From Bacteroidota bacterium (GTDB taxonomy: Bacteria > Bacteroidota > Bacteroidia > 2-12-FULL-35-15), in NCBI GenBank assembly GCA_052389695.1, contig JBQTHQ010000008.1, positions 1-63,760 of the forward strand: a stretch of DNA of 63,760 nt, given 5' to 3'. A model generated the notes under the pieces. It had not been told where the DNA came from. It made no database searches and saw only the letters and a program-made list of their open reading frames with translations. This document shows, piece by piece, positions 1 to 7,581 of this stretch (position 1 is its first letter; the number at the start of each line of letters is the position of its first letter). The position numbers and the translations under genes were made by a program.

Positions 1-647
1 TGCAAAAAGGAGGTCGTATGTTTTATATGGGCGCTGGAACCAGTGGAAGATTGGGAGTTGTAGACGCCTCTGAATGTCCACCAACATATGGCGTCCCTCA
101 AGGATTAGTGATCGGTTTAATTGCCGGCGGTGATAAAGCCATCCGCAAGGCAGTTGAGTTTGCAGAAGATGATAAACAACAGGGCTGGAAAGATCTGCAG
201 CAACATAGAATAACAAAAAAAGATGTGGTGATCGGTATTGCAGCATCGGGCTCAACACCTTATGTGATTGGAACTTTGGAGGATTGCAATAAAAATGGAA
301 TTACCACTGCATGTATCGTTTGCAATAAGGGGAGTGCAGTTGCAAAAGCCGCAAAATATAAAATAGAAGTGGTGGTAGGCCCCGAATTTGTTACCGGAAG
401 CACCCGCATGAAATCAGGTACGGCACAAAAATTAGTATTGAATATGATCTCTACTTCAGTAATGATAAAACTTGGAAGAGTAAAAGGCAATAAAATGGTG
501 GACATGCAGTTAAGCAATAATAAACTTGTTGACCGTGGCACGAAAATGGTGGCAGATGAATTAAAAGTTTCCTATAAAAAAGCAAATGAGTTGTTATTGA
601 AACACGGTAATGTGAGGAAGGCTGTTGATTCGGGAAAGAGTAAATAG
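1..647 (+). CDS. murQ: N-acetylmuramic acid 6-phosphate etherase, 5' end outside window
   Basis: The frame is open from base 3. QKGGRMFYMGAGTSGRLGVVDASECPPTYGV matches the SIS-domain sugar-phosphate loop typical of MurQ. Later motifs are GSTRMKSGTAQKLVLNMIST and MVDMQLSNNKLVDRG. The ATG at 18 lies inside the conserved domain, so the true start is upstream of the window. Confidence 0.85.
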   Translation, partial: QKGGRMFYMGAGTSGRLGVVDASECPPTYGVPQGLVIGLIAGGDKAIRKAVEFAEDDKQQGWKDLQQHRITKKDVVIGIAASGSTPYVIGTLEDCNKNGITTACIVCNKGSAVAKAAKYKIEVVVGPEFVTGSTRMKSGTAQKLVLNMISTSVMIKLGRVKGNKMVDMQLSNNKLVDRGTKMVADELKVSYKKANELLLKHGNVRKAVDSGKSK

Positions 648-755
648 CCAATAGGCAATTGAACAATAGGCAGTAGGCAAAAATATAAATACAATAAATA
701 ATTCGTATGAATTCGTTATTCGTAAAATTAGTATAGATTCGTTATTCGTTGATCA
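648..755 (+). repeat. Intergenic word-repeat tract: GGCAAT/AGGCAG words followed by two ATTCGT-triplet motifs
   Basis: 648-680 reads ccaataggcaattgaacaataggcagtaggcaa. ATTCGT hexamers start at 701/711/718, and ATTAGT/ATTCGT/ATTCGT at 727/737/744, giving 10+7 nt spacing twice. The same module order recurs near 25.4, 28.4-28.9 and 33.9 kb. Confidence 0.75.
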
Positions 756-1325
756 GTGCATACGATCGAACCATATTACAATTGGCGACACATTTATATC
801 GCGTCCGAAGATGAGCGATCTCCTTTTTATGAGCGTGAATACAGTGAATTCGAATACACCAATGCTATTTATAATTTTCTGATCCATCCCCAATGGGATG
901 ATATTGACTCCCCTACCCTCTATATAAAAATTTTGTCTGTTGACTATGATAATGGTTACGCCATCATTGAATTGATAGGCGAATGGAATGATTGCATTAA
1001 CAATGACATCATGTTGCTAAAACGTGATATCATTGACAAAATGACCATACTGGGTATCAATAAATTTATTTTGATCGGAGAAAATATATTGAATTTCCAT
1101 GCTTCCGATGATTGTTATTATGAAGAATGGTTTGAAGATGTAGAAGACGGGTGGATCGCTTTTTTAAATTTCAGGAAACATGTATTAGACGAATTTCAGC
1201 GTGCAAGCATTGATTACTACATTGTATCAGGCGGAAAATTAAATGATGTTGCATGGCGAACCTCTTCTCCCCAAATATTATTTGAAAAAGTAGAGCATTT
1301 TGTACAAAAACGTATTGGAGTATAA
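756..1325 (+). CDS. Hypothetical protein (189 aa)
   Basis: Uninterrupted ORF with a GTG start 6 nt after an ATTCGT-triplet motif. It ends 2 nt before the next gene. I recognise no family motif. Confidence 0.6.
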   Translation: MHTIEPYYNWRHIYIASEDERSPFYEREYSEFEYTNAIYNFLIHPQWDDIDSPTLYIKILSVDYDNGYAIIELIGEWNDCINNDIMLLKRDIIDKMTILGINKFILIGENILNFHASDDCYYEEWFEDVEDGWIAFLNFRKHVLDEFQRASIDYYIVSGGKLNDVAWRTSSPQILFEKVEHFVQKRIGV

Positions 1326-1327
1326 CC

Positions 1328-3370
1328 ATGAAGAAAAATATATTACTCTATATTTTATTACTAACCGTTGTGAGTAGCTGTTCACAAGACATACCTCAGA
1401 TCGATACTGCAGAATTCCAAACCGGATATACTAAAATAAAATATGATGCGCTTGAACAACTAAAAGATTATCCCTCCCCAAGGTACAGACCCAATAATGA
1501 TTTTACAAGATTGTATAACTGGATGAGTCCCCTTTATGCCGGAGGCTTTGGTCAAAAAGATATCACAGCTCCGGATGCAATAAAAAAAGGCACAGATATA
1601 CAGGAAGAACTTGCACTTAACTGGAATTATTTTTTGCTCATTTCAAACCCCAGGTTTACACCAAATAAGGCTATATTAAAAAACAAAAACTCTCCTTTCA
1701 AATCATTTATAGATCTTGCGAACAAACATCCTGAATTACCATTGAGTGTTACTATCTTCTGGACGCAAATGTTACCTCCATCCACTTTTGGGTTCCCGAG
1801 CAAAAGGCCAAACATATATAGACAGGATCTTCCTGAATCTTTTTATTTAAGAGATGTACGAATTAATAAAAAGGCAAGAGTGATCAGCTACACAGCTCCT
1901 GATTCACTATTTATAGCAGATGGTCAGGTTCAAAGAAAACAGCTAGAATTACTTTTAACTGAACTAACACGTCCTATAAATATTATCAATGAAAATGGCG
2001 AAGAACCTCCAAGAGCTTATGCAGTATCGGCCTTAAAGGATGATCCGCAACTCATTAATGATAAAAACAATTTAGGAATAGATAACTGGCGCACTTATAT
2101 CGCAACAAAGAAAAAACACATCCGAAAATTATATTCATCACAATTTATGGATAGTATTCCACAATTAAAAAATACTTTATTTACGTTTTATACTATAGAA
2201 GGGGGGCCTATTGACCGTTTCGATTGGAATGCATCAAAAGCAACCAATACAAAGATCAAAGGTAACTATTACTCTACTCCTGATTTTTATCCGCGTACAC
2301 CCGACAACTGGAAAAACTGGAAAGGTGCCTGGCATGGCTGGAAATGGATCAATGATGGAAGAAAAATAGAAATAAAATCCGGGGACCGTTTCTTTTCACC
2401 TTTTGTAGCAGCTGGGTGGGCTTATGATCCAAAAGTAGATATTAGACCGGCACAATGGCTGGGTTTGCTGAAATGCCTGACAGTAGTTGGTGCAGAATTT
2501 TTCTACACCGGTTATTTTAACTTAAAAGAGCCTTTTTCAAAACCTGAAAATTATATTTGGCAAGCCGCCATGCCTGCTTATGCACAAGCTACGGCAACAT
2601 ATTTTTCAGACGTATTTAAAAATGGGAACGTGCTGTTTGATCAGAAAGAAACACCCATTGTTACCTATCCTGTTAAAGATGATGATGTTTTAGTAACTGT
2701 AAGAAAGCACGATCAAAAAGAACTATATGTGATTGCAGGAACAGTTCAGCTTTCCTCAAATACTGAAAATTTTCCATTGCAAAAAAATATTCAGATAACA
2801 CTTAAAGAAGAAACTATTTTATTAAACATTAGAAGACAAGGAAGTGTTTATATTTACGATAAAAGTGTTGAGCCGCCAATATGCTACCAGCTGGACCGCT
2901 GGCATCAATATGAACATCCTTCACGATGGAGAAAATACTGGATCAATGAAGCGGAAATATTTGATAACGCTTCCGGTGCACCTGGCCAGTTAATAAAGTC
3001 AGTTTATTCCAGAAATAATTCAACCGTTGATTTTTCAAATCTTGAATCATATATTCTTTTAAATGACAAGCAATGGGTAGAATATTCTGTTTATGACCGA
3101 GATCTGCAACATCTGAAAAAGCCTTTATACCTAATGATTCAGGTAAAAAGTAAAGCGCCTGTATCAATAAATATTTTTATGAACGGAACGGAGCAAAAAA
3201 TAACCAGCAAACAAACTAATAATTGGAATTGGATAAAACATCCTCTTACCATTAAGGATAGCAGTAATCCAATACAAACCATTAAACTGCAATCATTGAA
3301 TGATGGACTGGAAATTAATAAACTCATTATTATTGATTCAGAAGAGATTCCCGATCTAAAGAACTATTGA
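1328..3370 (+). CDS. Lipoprotein of unknown function with a CBM-like C-terminal beta-sandwich
   Basis: 680-aa ORF with a signal peptide and lipobox (ILLLTVVSSC). The last ~110 aa (WVEYSVYD...INIFMNGTEQ...NWNWIKHPL...LEINKLIIID) resemble carbohydrate-binding-module patterns. No catalytic motif recognised. Confidence 0.7.
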   Translation: MKKNILLYILLLTVVSSCSQDIPQIDTAEFQTGYTKIKYDALEQLKDYPSPRYRPNNDFTRLYNWMSPLYAGGFGQKDITAPDAIKKGTDIQEELALNWNYFLLISNPRFTPNKAILKNKNSPFKSFIDLANKHPELPLSVTIFWTQMLPPSTFGFPSKRPNIYRQDLPESFYLRDVRINKKARVISYTAPDSLFIADGQVQRKQLELLLTELTRPINIINENGEEPPRAYAVSALKDDPQLINDKNNLGIDNWRTYIATKKKHIRKLYSSQFMDSIPQLKNTLFTFYTIEGGPIDRFDWNASKATNTKIKGNYYSTPDFYPRTPDNWKNWKGAWHGWKWINDGRKIEIKSGDRFFSPFVAAGWAYDPKVDIRPAQWLGLLKCLTVVGAEFFYTGYFNLKEPFSKPENYIWQAAMPAYAQATATYFSDVFKNGNVLFDQKETPIVTYPVKDDDVLVTVRKHDQKELYVIAGTVQLSSNTENFPLQKNIQITLKEETILLNIRRQGSVYIYDKSVEPPICYQLDRWHQYEHPSRWRKYWINEAEIFDNASGAPGQLIKSVYSRNNSTVDFSNLESYILLNDKQWVEYSVYDRDLQHLKKPLYLMIQVKSKAPVSINIFMNGTEQKITSKQTNNWNWIKHPLTIKDSSNPIQTIKLQSLNDGLEINKLIIIDSEEIPDLKNY

Positions 3371-3462
3371 TACTCCAGCCAATCAGTACATAATTTCGTA
3401 TCTTTATTTCAACATTTTTTTATATTTTTCATTTTTAATTCTTCATTCTTAATTCCAAACTT

Positions 3463-5103
3463 ATGTCAAAAGGATTTTTTACTGTTCCTGTTCCCGTTAA
3501 CGACCCTGTTAGAAGTTATGCACCGGGAAACCCTGAAAGAAAAGAACTTCAGGCCATGCTTAAAGAATTGCGTTCAAAAGAAACTGATATCCCAATGTAT
3601 ATTGGAGGCAAAGAAGTACGTAGCAATGATAAAGTACGTCTCTCCCCTCCTCATGATCACAAACATACATTAGGTCATTTTTATAAATCTACAAAAGAAC
3701 ATGTACAACAAGCTATTGATGCCGCTTTAGCTGCAAAGGAAAAATGGGAGAATTTATCATGGGAACACCGTGCAAGCATTTTCTTGAAAGCTGCTGAACT
3801 GATCGCGGGTCCTTACCGTGCTAAACTAAATGCAGCAACTATGCTTGGTCAGTCCAAAAATGTGTATCAGGCTGAAATCGATTCAGCATGCGAGATCACT
3901 GATTTCCTTCGTTTCAATGTGATGTATATGTCTGAAATTTACAAACAACAACCACCTGTTGCAGGCACCGGCTTTGGTGTTTGGAATCGTGTAGAACAGC
4001 GTCCTTTGGAAGGTTTCATTTATGCGCTCACACCTTTTAATTTTACAGCTATTGCAGGAAATCTTCCAACCTCTTGTGCCATGATGGGAAATGTGGTAGT
4101 TTGGAAACCGTCCAACACACAGGTATATTCAGCTAATGTATTGATGGAAATATTTATGAAAGCCGGTATTCCTGATGGAGTTATCAATTTAATTTACCCT
4201 TCCGGGCCTGATGCCGCTGATGTAATATTCTCACATCGTGATTTTGCGGGTATTCATTTTACCGGATCAACGGAAGTATTCAGGAGTATATGGAAAACGA
4301 TCGGGAACAATATTCATCTTTATAAAAGTTATCCCCGTATTGTTGGTGAAACGGGCGGGAAAGATTTTATACTGGCACATAGATCGGCTGATCCAAAAGT
4401 GCTGGCAACAGCTATTAGTCGCGGTGCGTTTGAGTACCAGGGACAAAAATGTTCAGCCGCTTCACGCGCTTATATTCCTAATAATATTTGGGAAGAAGTA
4501 AAAGCTTTGATAGTGAGTGATCTTAAATCATTTAAAATGGGCCCTGTAGAAGACTTTACAAATTTTGTAAATGCTGTTATTGATGAAAAATCATTTGATA
4601 AGCTGGCAAAATATATTGATGCTGCTAAAAATGATAAGAATGTAGAAATAATTGCTGGTGGTAATTACGATAAATTAAAAGGTTATTTTATCGAACCGAC
4701 TATCATTGTTGCGAAGGACCCAATGTATGTAACCATGTGTGAAGAATTATTTGGGCCGGTATTAACATTGCATGTATATGATTCAGAAAAATTTTCTGAG
4801 ATCTTAAAAGTAGTTGACTCTACTTCTATTTATGCACTAACCGGATCCGTTGTAGCACAAGACCGTTATGCAATTGAATTTGCAACTAAAGCATTACGCA
4901 ATGCAGCCGGAAATTTTTATATTAATGATAAACCTACAGGAGCTGTGGTTGGACAACAACCATTTGGTGGTGCACGTGGATCAGGAACAAATGACAAAGC
5001 AGGCGCTATGATCAATTTATTGCGTTGGGTTTCACCACGCACTGTCAGGGAAACGTTATCTCCTCCCACGGATTACCGATATCCATTTTTGCAAAAAGAT
5101 TAA
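3463..5103 (+). CDS. pruA: L-glutamate gamma-semialdehyde (1-pyrroline-5-carboxylate) dehydrogenase
   Basis: 546 aa. Aldehyde-dehydrogenase catalytic motifs VGETGGKDF (Glu) and GQKCSAASR (Cys). The N-terminal FTVPVPVNDPVRSYAPG and C-terminal GARGSGTNDKAG are typical of the P5CDH subfamily. Confidence 0.9.
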   Translation: MSKGFFTVPVPVNDPVRSYAPGNPERKELQAMLKELRSKETDIPMYIGGKEVRSNDKVRLSPPHDHKHTLGHFYKSTKEHVQQAIDAALAAKEKWENLSWEHRASIFLKAAELIAGPYRAKLNAATMLGQSKNVYQAEIDSACEITDFLRFNVMYMSEIYKQQPPVAGTGFGVWNRVEQRPLEGFIYALTPFNFTAIAGNLPTSCAMMGNVVVWKPSNTQVYSANVLMEIFMKAGIPDGVINLIYPSGPDAADVIFSHRDFAGIHFTGSTEVFRSIWKTIGNNIHLYKSYPRIVGETGGKDFILAHRSADPKVLATAISRGAFEYQGQKCSAASRAYIPNNIWEEVKALIVSDLKSFKMGPVEDFTNFVNAVIDEKSFDKLAKYIDAAKNDKNVEIIAGGNYDKLKGYFIEPTIIVAKDPMYVTMCEELFGPVLTLHVYDSEKFSEILKVVDSTSIYALTGSVVAQDRYAIEFATKALRNAAGNFYINDKPTGAVVGQQPFGGARGSGTNDKAGAMINLLRWVSPRTVRETLSPPTDYRYPFLQKD

Positions 5104-5106
5104 TCA

Positions 5107-5133
5107 AACGCCTCACAATTGTGGGGCGTTTTC
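5107..5133 (+). terminator. Rho-independent terminator after pruA
   Basis: aacgcctcac-aatt-gtggggcgtt forms a 10-bp stem (one G:T) and is followed by a TTTT run. Confidence 0.7.
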
Positions 5134-5215
5134 ATTATCCCAAAAACTACTTCTTATAAAACTGCGTAAATTATTTACTCCATTTATAAACATTGATTGA
5201 TTTAAAATTTGAAAT

Positions 5216-5602
5216 ATGATCACAGCAACAAAACGCATTGATGAATTACACTCTGAGCATCAATTATGGATGCCCATGCTTGAATTATATGCTGACGAAT
5301 TAAAAATATATCAAAAACGTCTTGAAGAAACCACTACCAAGGATCCTGATGAAATGACAAAAAAACAAATTGAACATTTTCAAAATCAATTCCTCATTCA
5401 CAAAAATGAGCTGGATATGTTAAACTATGAAATAAAAGTTCATGAACAATGGCTTGCAAAATACACTATGGAAAATCCTACAGCAATTGACGGTGATTTT
5501 TTTGCAGATCATAAAGTAATACGTGAAAAAATGGAATTTTTTCGAAAATTGTATTCTGATCTAAAAAAGGAATTTTTCAAATTCCTTAATCAACGGCGTT
5601 GA
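5216..5602 (+). CDS. Hypothetical helical protein (128 aa)
   Basis: Clean ORF with an ATG start and charged/helical composition. No family recognised. Confidence 0.55.
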   Translation: MITATKRIDELHSEHQLWMPMLELYADELKIYQKRLEETTTKDPDEMTKKQIEHFQNQFLIHKNELDMLNYEIKVHEQWLAKYTMENPTAIDGDFFADHKVIREKMEFFRKLYSDLKKEFFKFLNQRR

Positions 5603-5605
5603 TCA

Positions 5606-6526
5606 CTAAAATTCTTTTACCAATTGATTCACGTTTTTCTTTTTTCTTCTAAGGATCTGTTTTTCAGTAAACAAAAGTCTGTTAATTCTCTTATCTGCTA
5701 TTTCTTCTTTCATCAGCAGCCATTTATCACTCAACACTTTATTCAAAAGCTTGTCGATGGGCATACATACTCCTAAATTCATTAATCCTTCTAATGGAGC
5801 CTGAATATTGGGGCTCAACTTTCTGTAACTTACCGAAAAACTGCTTTCCAGATAGGTCATGTAATGCCAATAACCGCTAGGCATAAATAATGAATCACCC
5901 GGCTCAATAATAAAATCATAACCCTTTACATATTTTAATCCCGGATATTTCTCATAATCCGGTTTATTTGGATCTATTAGTGAATATGTATTCAATGGTA
6001 AACAATACAGTAAGTAAGAATATTCCGGTGCTATTAAAACAACCCGTTTTCTTCCTCCGAAATGAGTGTGCAACACGTTTGACATATCAATATCATAATG
6101 GATACGCACAGTAGTGTTTTTCCCACCGAAAAACATATGTCCTACATTATCCAATACACCTTTGAAAAGATCAGGACAAGGAAATTCTTTTTTTAATTGT
6201 GGATTGTATTTAAAGAGATCAAATAAAAAGATCCTCAGATCGGTATGTTCGTTTTTTGATAGAACATCCAGGTAATCACTAAATTTCATTTTCAGATCAG
6301 CTTTTGTGTATGCTGATTTAGCGCTTTTTTTATTGGCGTTGTCATACACATCAACTATAATATCACCCATTGTTTCTTTAAAGTAGCCGATAGACCATTT
6401 ACATCCGGCTTCTTTACCTTTTGTAAGACCTTTAATAACAACAGGCTTTTGTGGATTTAAATAATATTGGTTAAACTCCTTTACACCAATGTTTTCTACT
6501 ACATCAATTTTTTGCGACAGTTCCAT
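5606..6526 (-). CDS. JmjC/cupin-like Fe(II)/2-oxoglutarate oxygenase family protein
   Basis: 306 aa. Has the HxD...H facial triad pattern (VRIHYDID ... PSGYWHYM) in a cupin-like context (GDSLFMPSGYWH). Confidence 0.7.
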   Translation of the reverse strand: MELSQKIDVVENIGVKEFNQYYLNPQKPVVIKGLTKGKEAGCKWSIGYFKETMGDIIVDVYDNANKKSAKSAYTKADLKMKFSDYLDVLSKNEHTDLRIFLFDLFKYNPQLKKEFPCPDLFKGVLDNVGHMFFGGKNTTVRIHYDIDMSNVLHTHFGGRKRVVLIAPEYSYLLYCLPLNTYSLIDPNKPDYEKYPGLKYVKGYDFIIEPGDSLFMPSGYWHYMTYLESSFSVSYRKLSPNIQAPLEGLMNLGVCMPIDKLLNKVLSDKWLLMKEEIADKRINRLLFTEKQILRRKKKNVNQLVKEF

Positions 6527-6685
6527 GGCTAAACATTTAAAAGCGCAAGTCGGTATTGTCTTTTATTTTTTAAAAATAATTTTTTAAGACTACCTATACT
6601 GATGGAATTCGGTAAAATGGGCTTTTGAATAGGTAAAAGAGGAGCCGTTAATATTTAAGCTTAACCGTATCTTTCCAGCTAAGTT

Positions 6686-6895
6686 TTACACCTTAGTTTC
6701 TTTTTTACCGGTTACCATAGCAATAATACCCGTGGCTATTAACACACCACCTACGGTTGGAAACCAGGGGAAAGGTAAATTTTGTTCCTTTATATCCTCC
6801 TCGCTTCCCATACGTTTTTCACGTACAAAGTTAAAAGCAGCATATAACATAACTATGATCCCGGCTGTAAATAGAAATATTCCAAGTTTTTTCAT
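6686..6895 (-). CDS. Small two-TM membrane protein (69 aa from MKKLGIF)
   Basis: The internal ATG at 6895 gives MKKLGIFLFTAGIIVMLYAAF...VGGVLIATGIIAMV, two hydrophobic helices. The longer ORF to 6991 has a non-protein-like N-terminus. Confidence 0.45.
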   Translation of the reverse strand: MKKLGIFLFTAGIIVMLYAAFNFVREKRMGSEEDIKEQNLPFPWFPTVGGVLIATGIIAMVTGKKETKV

Positions 6896-7048
6896 GTTTT
6901 TCAGTGTTATAAGAGTATTTACGTTTAGTGACTGAAATTTGGATGTTTGAGTAGAATAATGGAAGACTGAAAGATTGAAAGAATTAAACATTGGTATGTC
7001 TTATAACACCCATCCAGCCATTATTCCATCAGATTTTAGGTTAAAATA

Positions 7049-7078
7049 TTGCCGGAAATGAAAAAACTGCTATATTTG
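7049..7078 (+). promoter_or_regulatory. Bacteroidota-type promoter for rpmH (TTG -33, TATATTTG -7)
   Basis: TTG at 7049-7051 is 19 nt upstream of TATATTTG at 7071-7078, a perfect TAnnTTTG. The box lies 65 nt upstream of the rpmH ATG. Confidence 0.45.
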
Positions 7079-7142
7079 CATCCCGAATTGAATAAACGAA
7101 TAATAATGGACCTTCTAAAGGAAGGACAAAACATAAACAACA

Positions 7143-7304
7143 ATGAAAGCATTACGTACTTACCAGCCATCAACCAAAAAGAGAAAAAACAAACACGGTT
7201 TTCGTGAAAGAATGGCATCAGCAAATGGCCGAAGAGTATTAGCATCTCGCAGAGCTAAAGGAAGAAAAAAACTAACTGTTTCTGACGAAAAAACTCATAA
7301 ATAA
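7143..7304 (+). CDS. rpmH: 50S ribosomal protein L34
   Basis: Hand translation gives [53 protein letters not shown] (53 aa). This carries the L34 signature KHGFRxRMxTxxGRxVLxxRRxKGRKxL. It is below the 60-aa cutoff of the ORF track. Confidence 0.93.
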   Translation: MKALRTYQPSTKKRKNKHGFRERMASANGRRVLASRRAKGRKKLTVSDEKTHK

Positions 7305-7332
7305 TCATTTGAAAAACGGTTCAAAAATATCA

Positions 7333-7365
7333 AAAGCCTTTCCTAAACGGAAGGGCTTTTTTTTT
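7333..7365 (+). terminator. Rho-independent terminator after rpmH
   Basis: aaagcctttcc-taaac-ggaagggcttt forms the stem and is followed by a T9 run. Confidence 0.7.
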
Positions 7366-7368
7366 GCC

Positions 7369-7392
7369 CTGCCTGCGGCAGGCAGTTTTTTT
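7369..7392 (+). repeat. Palindromic CTGCCTGCGGCAGGCAG element plus T7 (second stem-loop)
   Basis: Near-perfect palindrome ctgcctgcggcaggcag followed by ttttttt. A related copy, cctgcctgcggcaagcagg, lies at 47603-47621. Confidence 0.6.
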
Positions 7393-7465
7393 GTTGAAAA
7401 AGTCTTAAAAAAAACAATGCTAAAAAGCACTATTATAGATAATTTCGTACCTTATTTTATATTAT

Positions 7466-7529
7466 TGTCATTCGGGGAGCCGCGAGGAATCTCATTGAAA
7501 AGAGATTTCTCCCTTTGGTCGAAATGACA
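7466..7529. repeat. Nested palindromic REP/MITE-like element
   Basis: The sequence is tgtcattcggggagccgcgaggaatctcattgaaaagagatttctccctttggtcgaaatgaca. Outer arms are tgtcattcgg / tcgaaatgaca and inner arms are aggaatctc / gagatttct. This sequence type is widely scattered in Bacteroidota genomes. It accounts for the spurious ORF 7309-7527. Confidence 0.65.
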
Positions 7530-7581
7530 AAAACAGAATGACACCAATAAACCAATGACCAATCTACTAATTAACTAAAAA

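Noticed and set aside
648-755. Word-repeat tracts as CRISPR arrays (also 25349-25462, 28451-28540, 33871-33985, 52031-52077)
   Set aside because: The units are only 6-12 nt, directly abutting or irregularly spaced. There are no 25-40-nt unique spacers and no cas genes.
7036-7245. 69-aa minus-strand ORF
   Set aside because: It is antisense to the clearly recognisable rpmH (L34) gene and its promoter, so it is a shadow ORF.
7309-7527. 72-aa ORF between rpmH and carB
   Set aside because: Its sequence is composed of the rpmH terminator, a palindrome and the nested REP-like element (…SFGEPRGISLKRDFSLWSK). It uses a TTG start and has no protein-like composition.
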